IMG/VR virus record: IMGVR_UViG_3300028840_005337
Span: 62,001-126,000 of that record
Length of the DNA stretch: 64,000 nucleotides
Strand: one strand, 5' to 3'
Origin: an uncultured virus (IMG/VR IMGVR_UViG_3300028840_005337)
Lineage: Duplodnaviria; Heunggongvirae; Uroviricota; Caudoviricetes
The position numbers were made by a program, and so were the translations under genes. Shown one piece after another: positions 20,056-28,942 of the stretch; position 1 is the first letter of the stretch, and each line of letters opens with the position of its first letter. The notes beneath the pieces were generated by a model that saw only the letters and a list, made by a program, of their open reading frames with translations, did no database searches and was not told the DNA's origin.

Positions 20056-20334
20056 GTGAACAAGGAAAAACTCGAGATGCTCAACGCTATGGGCGCCCTG
20101 CTGGACGACCCGGAGACCGTTGACGAGATCGACGAAGTGCTCGCCCGCGGCGTACAGCTGGTCGAACACGTGCTTGGCGCTATCGCCGACGCCCCGCGTG
20201 CGAAAGTGACGGCCGACCACATCGCGAAGCTGTGTCGGATGCAGTATCAATCGTTTTTGGACGCTGGCTTCAGCGACGGGCAGGCGTTTACGCTGCTGGT
20301 CGGCATCCGCGCCGGTCTCACGAAAATCAGTTGA
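20056..20334 (+). CDS. Hypothetical protein
   Basis: AGGAGAGG RBS, GTG start; YQSFLDAGFSDGQAFTL. Confidence 0.65.
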   Translation: MNKEKLEMLNAMGALLDDPETVDEIDEVLARGVQLVEHVLGAIADAPRAKVTADHIAKLCRMQYQSFLDAGFSDGQAFTLLVGIRAGLTKIS

Positions 20335-20337
20335 TAC

Positions 20338-20732
20338 ATGTGCGTGTGGGGCTGTGGGCTTAGAAGCAGCCATCAGCTAAGGAGTGGCGAGTGGAAGTGC
20401 TCTGGACCGGGTTAGCCGCCCGGCCACCACAAGATAACCGTGCAGCATGACCGTTGGCAACGGATCGGCGGCTTCGACTGGGCATGGTGTCACCACCGGG
20501 AAGCGACAGCGGATGCGACGCTACGACCGGCCACGTACTACCGAAAGGCTTCGGTCGCCGTAGCGAATCAGAGTTCGTGAAGTCAGAGGGATGCAGTTTG
20601 CTACGGTAGTACCAGCGGAGTCCGTAGTTAAGGTTGAGAGACGACAATCGAAGTGTCGGGAAAACAATGCTCTTCCAATGCTGTATTCGTAGCCCGTGGA
20701 GCCTTTGGCGTGACAGCACACCCCACGCACAT
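20338..20732 (+). ncRNA. Large structured RNA whose ends mimic the 23S rRNA GTPase-associated centre (H42-H44)
   Basis: 5' GGGGCTGTGGGCTTAGAAGCAGCCATCAGCTAAGGAGT and 3' GCGTGACAGCACACCC, closed by ATGTGCGTG/CACGCACAT and followed by a T tract. Confidence 0.75.
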
Positions 20733-20753
20733 TTTTACAAAAGGAGAGGAGTT

Positions 20754-21623
20754 ATGATCGCGCGAGCGAAACCCGGCTTCGACCCGGAGATCATTCGGTG
20801 TTCCGTGTTCGCTCTTCAGGTCTGCGTGCCTGCCACGTGGACTGACGAGGAGATCGAAGAGTTCGCTGAACAAGAGCACCCGGCCGGTGCTTTCGATGGG
20901 TGGCACATCCAGCGCGACGGGCCGTATCCGGAGCGCGTTTCATGCAATGACCGCGAGGGGTTCATCCACGTGGTCGTGGAGGTATAGATGGGTAAAAAAA
21001 CAATCTGTGACCTGTGTGGAGCCGACATCGAAAAAGGTGAGTGCTTTACGATAAACCTGCTGCCGCCCCGTAGTTTTAACGGGCGTGGCAAACACATCCG
21101 CACATGGGACGTCTGTCGCGAGTGCTTGGACTTTCCAATCAGCGGATCAAAAATGCGCAACGTGCTTCGGCGTCTCATCCCGGACTTCGTGCGCAGACTC
21201 TGGAAGAAGAGGATGTAGATGGGAATGGACGTTTCTGGAAAGAACCCCGACGCCCCCGTCGGTGAGTACTTCCGTGCGAACGTGTGGAGCTGGCGACCAA
21301 TCCACCAGCTGATGTGCAAGCTTTGCGGCGACCTGCTCTCTGAGGGGTTGCTGGAGCAGATGAGCTATAACGACGGCGCAGGCCCTGACGACCAGGAAAC
21401 CTGCACGCAAATGGCCATCAGGTTCTCCCAGTGGTTGGAGAAGAACCACAATGGGCACGCTGTCGATCTGGGGTGCTATTGTGCAGAGGGTACCGGACGC
21501 TTCGTAGGCGATGAAGAGCTCGCCCGCGGCGATCCGGTTGAAACCGCACACCGTACAAGTGATGCCCATCTGAAAAGTTGGGTACAATTTCTCCTCCATT
21601 GCGGAGGATTCGCAGTCGACTAG
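20754..21623 (+). CDS. Three small hypothetical genes (20754-20987; 20988-21218 with CxxC pairs; 21219-21623)
   Basis: Abutting TAG-ATG junctions with GGAG/GAGG RBSs. Confidence 0.65.
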
Positions 21624-21636
21624 AAAGGAGGCGGCA

Positions 21637-22191
21637 ATGTCAGGTTTCGTGACCGACGGTCAGCAGATCCGTGACGTCCTGCTCTTGCTCAAGAGCAGCA
21701 TCGCACGCGCGACCGACACGTACCAGGTGAGTCTTAAGCAGTACGACGACGAGGATCTCGGCGATCCACTCGACCATCGGGGGACGCGCCGCGGACTGCA
21801 GTACGATTACGTCTTGATCATGGAGATGCAGCAAGCGTACAACCGGATGGTGTCGATCACCGTCGGGGACAAAAGCATGCTACTGTCTACGGCGGTCAAG
21901 ATGATCGGTATACTCGGAGAGGACAAGAACCTGCTGAGGAAGGCACTGAAGGCCGACGGGTCGGACAATTGGTACGGTCGCAACGAGCGGACGTCCGAGA
22001 CGATCGTGAAGAAGGTCATGGTGCCACGACCGGTCGCTGAGAGTTTGATTGAGACGGCTGAGAAGGAGGTGACGCAGATGCGTCGCGCCATCGGTCGTGG
22101 CAATCAAGAGCAACGAGAACTTACAGCTGAGAACACTGGCCTCCCCCAGGAGGACTTTGATCGCGCTGTTAAAGTGTTGACTGAAATGTAG
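21637..22191 (+). CDS. Helical hypothetical protein directly upstream of a structured RNA
   Basis: AAGGAGG RBS; coiled-coil character. Confidence 0.7.
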   Translation: MSGFVTDGQQIRDVLLLLKSSIARATDTYQVSLKQYDDEDLGDPLDHRGTRRGLQYDYVLIMEMQQAYNRMVSITVGDKSMLLSTAVKMIGILGEDKNLLRKALKADGSDNWYGRNERTSETIVKKVMVPRPVAESLIETAEKEVTQMRRAIGRGNQEQRELTAENTGLPQEDFDRAVKVLTEM

Positions 22192-22210
22192 GCGGCTTCG
22201 GCCGCTTGCG

Positions 22211-22415
22211 GGTAGTGGGAAAGTACCTAATTACCGCGAGAGCGGTGATACGCATGTCCAAATGCGCGGAAACGCCTGTGTAAGCCCTGGTAAAACCTCG
22301 GCGGCTATATGACCTCGTCCCTCGCAAATCGTGCGTGATTAAGGGGTCCATGGCATCGAGATTATATGAGGGGGCAGCTCAAGTAAGCCTACCAGCATCT
22401 CACTTTCCTACTACC
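22211..22415 (+). ncRNA. Candidate ~205-nt RNA closed by a 14-bp terminal stem
   Basis: GGTAGTGGGAAAGT pairs with ACTTTCCTACTACC (one G.U), followed by T6; internal GAGA tetraloop hairpin; preceded by a UUCG hairpin at 22192-22205. Confidence 0.6.
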
Positions 22416-22437
22416 TTTTTTCACAAGGTGGTGACTC

Positions 22438-23265
22438 ATGGTCAAAGACCTGATTCTCGGTACGCCGTCACGGTCCCCTGCGGCCATGGCGGCGTACCAT
22501 GCCACCGTTATCCCAAATGGTGGTGTAGTCGAAGACTGGCGAACCTATCTCGTGCCGCGGATCGCCAATATCCGTCGCGCATGGGTCGCCCGTGTCATAG
22601 CGCTCTTTAATGCTGGCTGGTCTGTTTTGCAAAGCCCCAAGCTCGCCTATGCGCAAAACTGTCTGCCGTGCATCTGCACATCAGACCCGATAACACAGAC
22701 GTGCAAACTGATACCGTGCCCTTTCTGCCACGCCAGGAAGGTTGCCGATATCTACATGCGCGCCCAAAAGCTGATCATCAAGCTCGGTAACGTCCGCGTA
22801 ATCAGTTGGCGACGAAAACACGGTCGGGCTGCCGTCGACATGATCTACCTGAACGAACACGGCCGTGTAACGGGGTTGGGTGAAGTCTTTGCAGAGCATA
22901 ACGGCCGCCGACGCGAGATCCGCAGAACGCAGCTGCAGGCTGCATACGGTGGTGCACAGATGGTCACGATCGCTCCGCATACATTCGACCACCCTTCGCC
23001 GGAGGGTGCCTGTGGCCGCTGGCTCGTACAGCAGAGCGTTCTTGCTGTTGTGCCGCGCTATTGGCGTCCACCCAGAGGTATTCGCAAGCGTGCAGTCGTA
23101 CGCACAAATCCCGATCCCCACGACTTGGCATACCAGGTTGGGCGGGCGTTTCGGTATCCGCAACACTGGCTTACCAGCGATCCGTGCATCATGCGTGACC
23201 TGCTGGAGGCTATGAAAGGCAGACGATTCAAAGAAATTTTTGGAGACTTACGTGGGTCAGTATGA
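22438..23265 (+). CDS. Zn-finger protein resembling an inactivated rolling-circle Rep
   Basis: CKLIPCPFCHARK; C-terminal LEAMKGRRFKEIFGDLRG; no HUH motif visible. Confidence 0.45.
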   Translation: MVKDLILGTPSRSPAAMAAYHATVIPNGGVVEDWRTYLVPRIANIRRAWVARVIALFNAGWSVLQSPKLAYAQNCLPCICTSDPITQTCKLIPCPFCHARKVADIYMRAQKLIIKLGNVRVISWRRKHGRAAVDMIYLNEHGRVTGLGEVFAEHNGRRREIRRTQLQAAYGGAQMVTIAPHTFDHPSPEGACGRWLVQQSVLAVVPRYWRPPRGIRKRAVVRTNPDPHDLAYQVGRAFRYPQHWLTSDPCIMRDLLEAMKGRRFKEIFGDLRGSV

Positions 23266-24135
23266 TCCTATCGAGCGATTAGCATCGCTCGAGTCCAGAC
23301 ATTCCCTGTCGGCTCAAGAGCAGTTCGACATTATCTCCAACGCCGTCGACTTCGCGAAGAACTCGCCGTTGGCGTTCGTACAGTTCATCGACATCATGGA
23401 CGAGGAGCTGCAGTCGCCGCAGATGGCGGTTGCAGAGGTCAAAGACATGCTGCAGAACCCTGTGGCTGACCTCGAGGCTTTCTTCGACCGCGACCTGTCG
23501 TTGGCGTCGCTGAACAACCTCACCGAACTTGAGAGCTCCGGTGACGTGCCAGAGATGCCGTCGACCGATCTCATCAAATCAGCGGTGCTAGCAATGACGC
23601 CGTTCGACTACGAGCAGATGCGCTCCCATCTCACCATGACCGACTTCGACTCGGCCTACCACGAAGGCGCTATTGTCACCGGGTGTTACACCCGTTTTGA
23701 TGACGGTTCTATCGCTGCTGTCGCTCTCGTCCACGCCACCCCCGCTAACGGCGGGCCGTACCTTGATGCGTGGCTGTGCCTGCCCCCGGACAAGTTTCCG
23801 GATACGCTGAATCCGTCGTTGCCTGCCACAAGGGATATGGACCAGATCTTCGAGTTCCAGTATCCTGATGGCACGTATCGCGTAATCAAACTCGTATCCG
23901 CAGCTGGCCAACAGGAATGTCCAGGTACAACGACGACAGACACTGTGAGAAGCCACGAAGGTGCCTCCGGTGCATGAACATGTTCCTTTCCAAACATGCG
24001 GGCAACCGCATATGCCCGGACTGCACCGCGCATCCGCCGAATGTGAGCGGACTGCGTCGGGTGCACTTCGACCTTGACACCTATATGAGTCAGAAAGAGA
24101 AGGATGACAAATTCGACGGAAGAGCTGGCCTCTGA
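23240..24135 (+). CDS. Two hypothetical genes (23240-23977; 23917-24135 small Zn-ribbon protein)
   Basis: Chained ORFs; RRCLRC...NRICPDC in the second. Confidence 0.55.
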
Positions 24136-25615
24136 CGATTACGTCGTCGTCATTGGTCCCGTCATTGTCGATCGCTACTTCGTGGGCAAACCCAGACGAC
24201 TTGACCGTACGGCGCCGGTGCCTCTAATCGGCGTCACGGGACAGTTCTGGGCGCCCGGTGGCGGCGGCAATGCCGCAAACTGCTTGGCCCATCTGGCCCT
24301 CCCAACGACGTTCGTCGGCATGGTCGGAGACGACGACGCCGGCGAAGAGTATCTCAAGGCACCGATGCCTCCCAACCTGCAGCTGAAGGTTGGCAAATAC
24401 GCTAACTACAGCACCCCCGTAAAAACCCGCGTCTATGCCAACAATCGCCTTGTAGCACGGTTTGACGCGGACGATCCTTACACAGGGTCGTTCGAGTCTA
24501 CGACTGCGTCCTTATTTTTTAGCGCTGTGGCAGAGAAGCCGCCTTTGGCGATACTTATCAGCGACTACAACAAGGGGGTGTGCACGCCCGACATCATCGG
24601 GTCCGTGCTGCTCTACGGCGAGGATCACAACGTCCCCGTGATCGTGGACCCTGATCCGGCGCACACAGAGAGCTATCAGGGCGCTACGCTACTCACGCCG
24701 AACGCCGACGAGGCAATGCGGATGGCAGCGGCCTGCGGGTATGCAGATCGCGCAACCGATCCGGTCGAAGCAGCTGACTTCCTGGCCAACAAGTTCGATT
24801 GTGACGTCCTCGTCACGCTCGGCAGCCACGGAATGGTGCTGGTTCCGCCCCACGGGCAGGAACGGTTCCCGCTGCAAGCGCTGCCCGCCGCTGCGATCGA
24901 TACGTGCGGTTGCGGAGATGCTGTGGCGTCGGCGATGACCTACGGGATTGCCACCGGAATGAACGCACGCACGGCTACGCGCTTTGCAAACGTGTCCGGT
25001 TCGCTATGCTGCGAGATCATTGGTGCTATGCCCATCCCGCTGCACCGCCTCAACCAACGCGTGACGCTGTCGCTCGGGCTCGATCGAAAGGTCGTGACCC
25101 TCGACGAGCTGCGTCTCCTGCGGCAATCCGTCGCCGTCGCCGGCGAAATCTTCGGGGTTGCCAACGGCGTGTTCGACGGCGTCCACGACGGGCACACCTC
25201 GCTGCTACGGCAGGCCAGGGAGCATTGTGACTTCCTGGCGGTGCTCGTGAACACTGACGAATCGGCGGAGCGCATCAAGCGCCGACCGCAACACAGTCAG
25301 ATAGCCCGTTCGCTCAGCCTGGCGGCGCATCCGTTGGTGGATGCGGTGCTGCTGTTCGACGGCGATAACGCAGTACCAGAGTATCAGGCGTTGCAGCCCG
25401 ATATCATGGTAAAAGGGCCGGACTACAAGGATAGGGAAGACCTGCTACCGGAAGCTGCGGTGCTGCCTGAATGGGGCGGCGAGCTGCGGTTGGCCGAGCT
25501 AGAGGTCGACGTCAGTAGTACCCAACTGCGGGAAGAAGATGAGGCCCTCAAAGAGAGCACTGCGCCAGGAGAGACTGAAGACAGCGCTGGAGGAGCTGGA
25601 GACGCTGCGGACTGA
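24104..25615 (+). CDS. hldE: Bifunctional heptose-7-phosphate kinase / heptose-1-phosphate adenylyltransferase
   Basis: PfkB domain (PGGGGNAA, ISDYNKGV, LTPN, DTCGCGD) followed by nucleotidyltransferase domain (NGVFDGVHDGH, VNTDES, PDIMVKGPDY, SST). Confidence 0.9.
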   Translation: MTNSTEELASDDYVVVIGPVIVDRYFVGKPRRLDRTAPVPLIGVTGQFWAPGGGGNAANCLAHLALPTTFVGMVGDDDAGEEYLKAPMPPNLQLKVGKYANYSTPVKTRVYANNRLVARFDADDPYTGSFESTTASLFFSAVAEKPPLAILISDYNKGVCTPDIIGSVLLYGEDHNVPVIVDPDPAHTESYQGATLLTPNADEAMRMAAACGYADRATDPVEAADFLANKFDCDVLVTLGSHGMVLVPPHGQERFPLQALPAAAIDTCGCGDAVASAMTYGIATGMNARTATRFANVSGSLCCEIIGAMPIPLHRLNQRVTLSLGLDRKVVTLDELRLLRQSVAVAGEIFGVANGVFDGVHDGHTSLLRQAREHCDFLAVLVNTDESAERIKRRPQHSQIARSLSLAAHPLVDAVLLFDGDNAVPEYQALQPDIMVKGPDYKDREDLLPEAAVLPEWGGELRLAELEVDVSSTQLREEDEALKESTAPGETEDSAGGAGDAAD

Positions 25616-25844
25616 ACTCGCCTTCGACGAGATCACCGTAACGCTCAGCGACTTCCAACGACACTGGCAGTTCAAATATGGCGACAAGCATTTGGCGGAC
25701 TGGTGGCCAGCTTCTGCGAAGGGACAGCTCACAGGGTCACAAGACTCCGTCGACTGTGTGAGCACGTCTCAAGCGCAGAAGCTGGCCATCGCCGCTAAGA
25801 AGAAGCTGTTTACCGAGATTCGGCAGGCGCTTCAGCAGAGGTGA
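25539..25844 (+). CDS. Hypothetical protein
   Basis: ORF overlapping the hldE end; HWQFKYG...DWWP. Confidence 0.55.
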   Translation: MRPSKRALRQERLKTALEELETLRTELAFDEITVTLSDFQRHWQFKYGDKHLADWWPASAKGQLTGSQDSVDCVSTSQAQKLAIAAKKKLFTEIRQALQQR

Positions 25845-25983
25845 GCTCCTCTCGCAGGATTTGTACATCCGGCGGGGCGTCGACACCGAGGCGGATCCGA
25901 TCACGACCAGTGCGGATGACCGTGACGGTGATGTCGTCGCCAATCTTGATCTGCTCACCTTCTTTGCGGGACAGGACCAACAT
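25810..25983 (-). CDS. csrA: Carbon storage regulator CsrA (57 aa)
   Basis: Manual translation MLVLSRKEGEQIKIGDDITVTVIRTGRDRIRLGVDAPPDVQILREELTSAEAPAESR; AAGGAGG RBS; below the ORF-track size cut-off. Confidence 0.93.
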   Translation of the reverse strand: MLVLSRKEGEQIKIGDDITVTVIRTGRDRIRLGVDAPPDVQILREELTSAEAPAESR

Positions 25984-26052
25984 GGTAGACCTCCTTGTGC
26001 TTGCAGTAACAATACGCCCAGTTTATCACCTTCGGACCCCCGGAGCAACCAA

Positions 26053-26427
26053 ATGGGACAATTTCACTTCATGCAGATGTACAACGACGCCGCGGCGCGC
26101 GACTGCGCTGCCATGCCGCAGGCGTTGCTGATGATCGGAGCCGTTACGGCGGCTGAAAAGGACGCACGCGGGATGGGATATTGGGATGACCTGACCATCG
26201 ACGTGCTGTTCGAGAAGGCTCGCAGGCTTGTTGACCTGAGGGACTGTTTTTCGGAACGACTAAAGCTTATGCTATTGGATGGTGAAATCCTCGTCTTAGT
26301 CCGGGACCCTGTAGATGGACGCGTCCATCGGCTCCGAGACACCGACGTGATCGATTTCGATGACCCGATAGTAGGCCCGGAGCAGTTCTTTACATTGGCT
26401 GAAAAGCTGATCGAGCACTCGGCCTGA
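26053..26427 (+). CDS. Hypothetical protein
   Basis: GGAG RBS; divergent from csrA. Confidence 0.6.
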   Translation: MGQFHFMQMYNDAAARDCAAMPQALLMIGAVTAAEKDARGMGYWDDLTIDVLFEKARRLVDLRDCFSERLKLMLLDGEILVLVRDPVDGRVHRLRDTDVIDFDDPIVGPEQFFTLAEKLIEHSA

Positions 26428-26447
26428 ATCTTATTCAGGAGAATAAA

Positions 26448-27665
26448 ATGGCAGCGAGACCGCTAGCACTGGTATCGGCTGACTGGCATCTTCGTAAGTA
26501 CGACCGCGTGTGGTACCGACGTGACACGCTGCGCGGCGACGCCGCGTGGGGCGTCCGACAGGTATGCGACATTGCGGCCGAGCAAATGCCTGATTGTCTG
26601 ATCCTGCTGGGCGACCTGTTCGACCAGCGGCTGCAGCAGTCAGATTCTCTGATGCTCATGCGACGAGCTATGGCTGATTTCCAGGAGAACAATATCCAAG
26701 TGCAGTTCATTCAAGGACAGCACGAGCGGTCTTCACCGACGCTGATGAAGTCGATCCACAGCTGGTCACAGCATATCGACGAGCGGATGGTGGAGTTGGA
26801 CAACGGCAACCTGCTCATGTACGGCCTGGATTATCGCAATCCGGTCGAGGTTGAGGAGGCGCTGCGTGCCGTGCCTACAAACGCTGACATTTTGGCGACT
26901 CATCAGGTTTGGAAGGATTACCTTGGCGAGGAGCGCGGCGATGCCTGGTTCCACTGGGCGCCGACGCAGTTCATTGCCACGGGAGATTTCCACAAAGCGA
27001 AATTCGAGACGCGTGGGACGCAGAAGATCCTGTCACCGGGACCGCTCTGCATGCAGAACATCGGCGAGGATCACGAGAAGTTCGTGTTCATGCTGAACTC
27101 TGATCTCACCGTCACGCCATACAAATTGCGATCGCGCGGCTACTATGAGGCACGCCTGTACGAGGAAGCGCAACTCGAGCAATTCCTCGACGAGTGGGAC
27201 GCCTCCCCGGCGAAGATCCCGCAGGTTGGCGTGCCGCCCGCCGTCGCAACAAACATCATCCGCGTTTGGTACCGTTCGGATATTCCCGACGCCAAGCCGC
27301 GGTTGGAAGGTAGGATCGGCTCATCGGCCCACCTATTTACAACGATGATCCCTGTCGAAGACCAGGCACAGACGGTCGACGCCGAGCGGCGTGTCCAGGC
27401 TGTACTTGGTGCGGGCATGGTCGGATGCATCAACGAGTTTTACGGAGATGACCCTCGCGCATGCGCAGATGCCGTGCGGCTCTACCGTAGCAAAGACATC
27501 CAAACCGAGCTACTTTCAATCTTCAAGGAGCAAGTTAGTGTCCCTAACGGTCACCGAGAAGGAACATTTCAAGACGAGACTCCAGGAGATCCACGATCGA
27601 GCGACTGCACAACTGACGGCCGACGCGCCAGCGTGGGAGCCACGGCTCCGCAACAAGGCAGCTAA
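26448..27665 (+). CDS. sbcD: Mre11/SbcD-like nuclease
   Basis: SADWH, LLGDLFD, QGQHE, ATHQ, TGDFH, SPG; near an SbcC-like gene. Confidence 0.85.
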   Translation: MAARPLALVSADWHLRKYDRVWYRRDTLRGDAAWGVRQVCDIAAEQMPDCLILLGDLFDQRLQQSDSLMLMRRAMADFQENNIQVQFIQGQHERSSPTLMKSIHSWSQHIDERMVELDNGNLLMYGLDYRNPVEVEEALRAVPTNADILATHQVWKDYLGEERGDAWFHWAPTQFIATGDFHKAKFETRGTQKILSPGPLCMQNIGEDHEKFVFMLNSDLTVTPYKLRSRGYYEARLYEEAQLEQFLDEWDASPAKIPQVGVPPAVATNIIRVWYRSDIPDAKPRLEGRIGSSAHLFTTMIPVEDQAQTVDAERRVQAVLGAGMVGCINEFYGDDPRACADAVRLYRSKDIQTELLSIFKEQVSVPNGHREGTFQDETPGDPRSSDCTTDGRRASVGATAPQQGS

Positions 27666-28942
27666 GGTCGTCGAACAGCAGTTCGGCGTCGCGGAACTTC
27701 TGAATAAACAAATGGAAATTCGGCGTCAGCGGCGCGAGCTAGGCAGACAACTAGAGCAGCTCGACACCGAGATCTATGAGAAAATCCACGGCCTGCTGTC
27801 AGATGACGCACCCTGGGTCGAGGACGATAGGCGTTACTACAGCCGTAACCGCCATGAACGCCAGGAATTCGCACGCTACCCGGAGAACTGCCGACAGCCA
27901 ATGCGCTGCCAGCTTCAATACGAGTTCGAAAAACTCCGGGCAGAGCATCCCATTGGACGCGCTCTTGCTGAACTCAAGGACCGCGTTGACCATTACCGAG
28001 ATCGCATCATTGCGTGCGCATCGCACGCAAAGATGGAGACATTATGGGAGGAGGTTGTCGAAGAGCTGGGCAACTTCGAGCCCAGTGATCCCGACGCCCG
28101 GACTCCTAGAAAGGTGGAGACCGCCCGTGTCACACACGATAAGAAGAAGTGAGCTGCCGCCGATAGTGCTTCCGAACATTATCGAGCAGGCTGTGAAGGA
28201 AACCGAGGCTGCGATGCGGGAAGCTATGGAACGCATCAAGAACATGCCGACGACACTGCTTGCCGTGGATACCGAGTCGGGGGCTATAAAAGCCGTCGAC
28301 GAGTTCTCTACGGAAGCAGTGGCAGCCCGCTGTAGCCATGAATGTCCGTGCGTTATCGGTGAAACCCATTACCGCGCACCAAATTGCCCCAATAGGAGCC
28401 CCCATGGAACATTACCCAAGCCATCTGACCCCGGCGTTGCCGATTTTCTTGGACCGAATCCGGTCGGCTGCACAATCACTCCCGGTGCACATAAGCCATC
28501 CGCCCGCGACTGAATCCGCTGATCGGTCGTACGGAATGACCTGTGTGCAGGCGCTCCGGATGTATGCGCCGGACCTGATCGAAGAAGGGAGGGTGATCAT
28601 AGAATGAGTGCGGACCTCACGTTGAAGTACGCAACCACTTTCACGAGTCTTGCTAACGCTATGCGACTTGTGAAGGCGTCGCTGCTGGCCCTCAAGGATG
28701 CCAGCGATAATCTCAACGACTGGTGGGACGACCAAGACCTCGAAGGTGTGGAGGACGAGGACGAGTTCCTCGCCAAGAAAGCCGCCGAGACTTTTGGCAT
28801 CCCGGAGAGCTTCGCGCTCGCCCTTGTCGACTTTTCGTTGCTTCCAGAGATCAAAGGTATGAAGGCTGCGCCGCCTGACGCCATGACGCTCGCCGAAGCG
28901 CTATCACTACTGCACCCCCTAACAAGTGAGAGCTGGCCATGA
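27538..28942 (+). CDS. Hypothetical genes (27538-28152; one ending at 28513; 28604-28942)
   Basis: ORFs filling the space between sbcD and sbcC. Confidence 0.5.

Noticed and set aside
25841..26052. Plus-strand ORF starts at 25841 and 25861
   Set aside because: They overlap the well-supported minus-strand csrA; the real plus-strand gene more likely starts at 26053.
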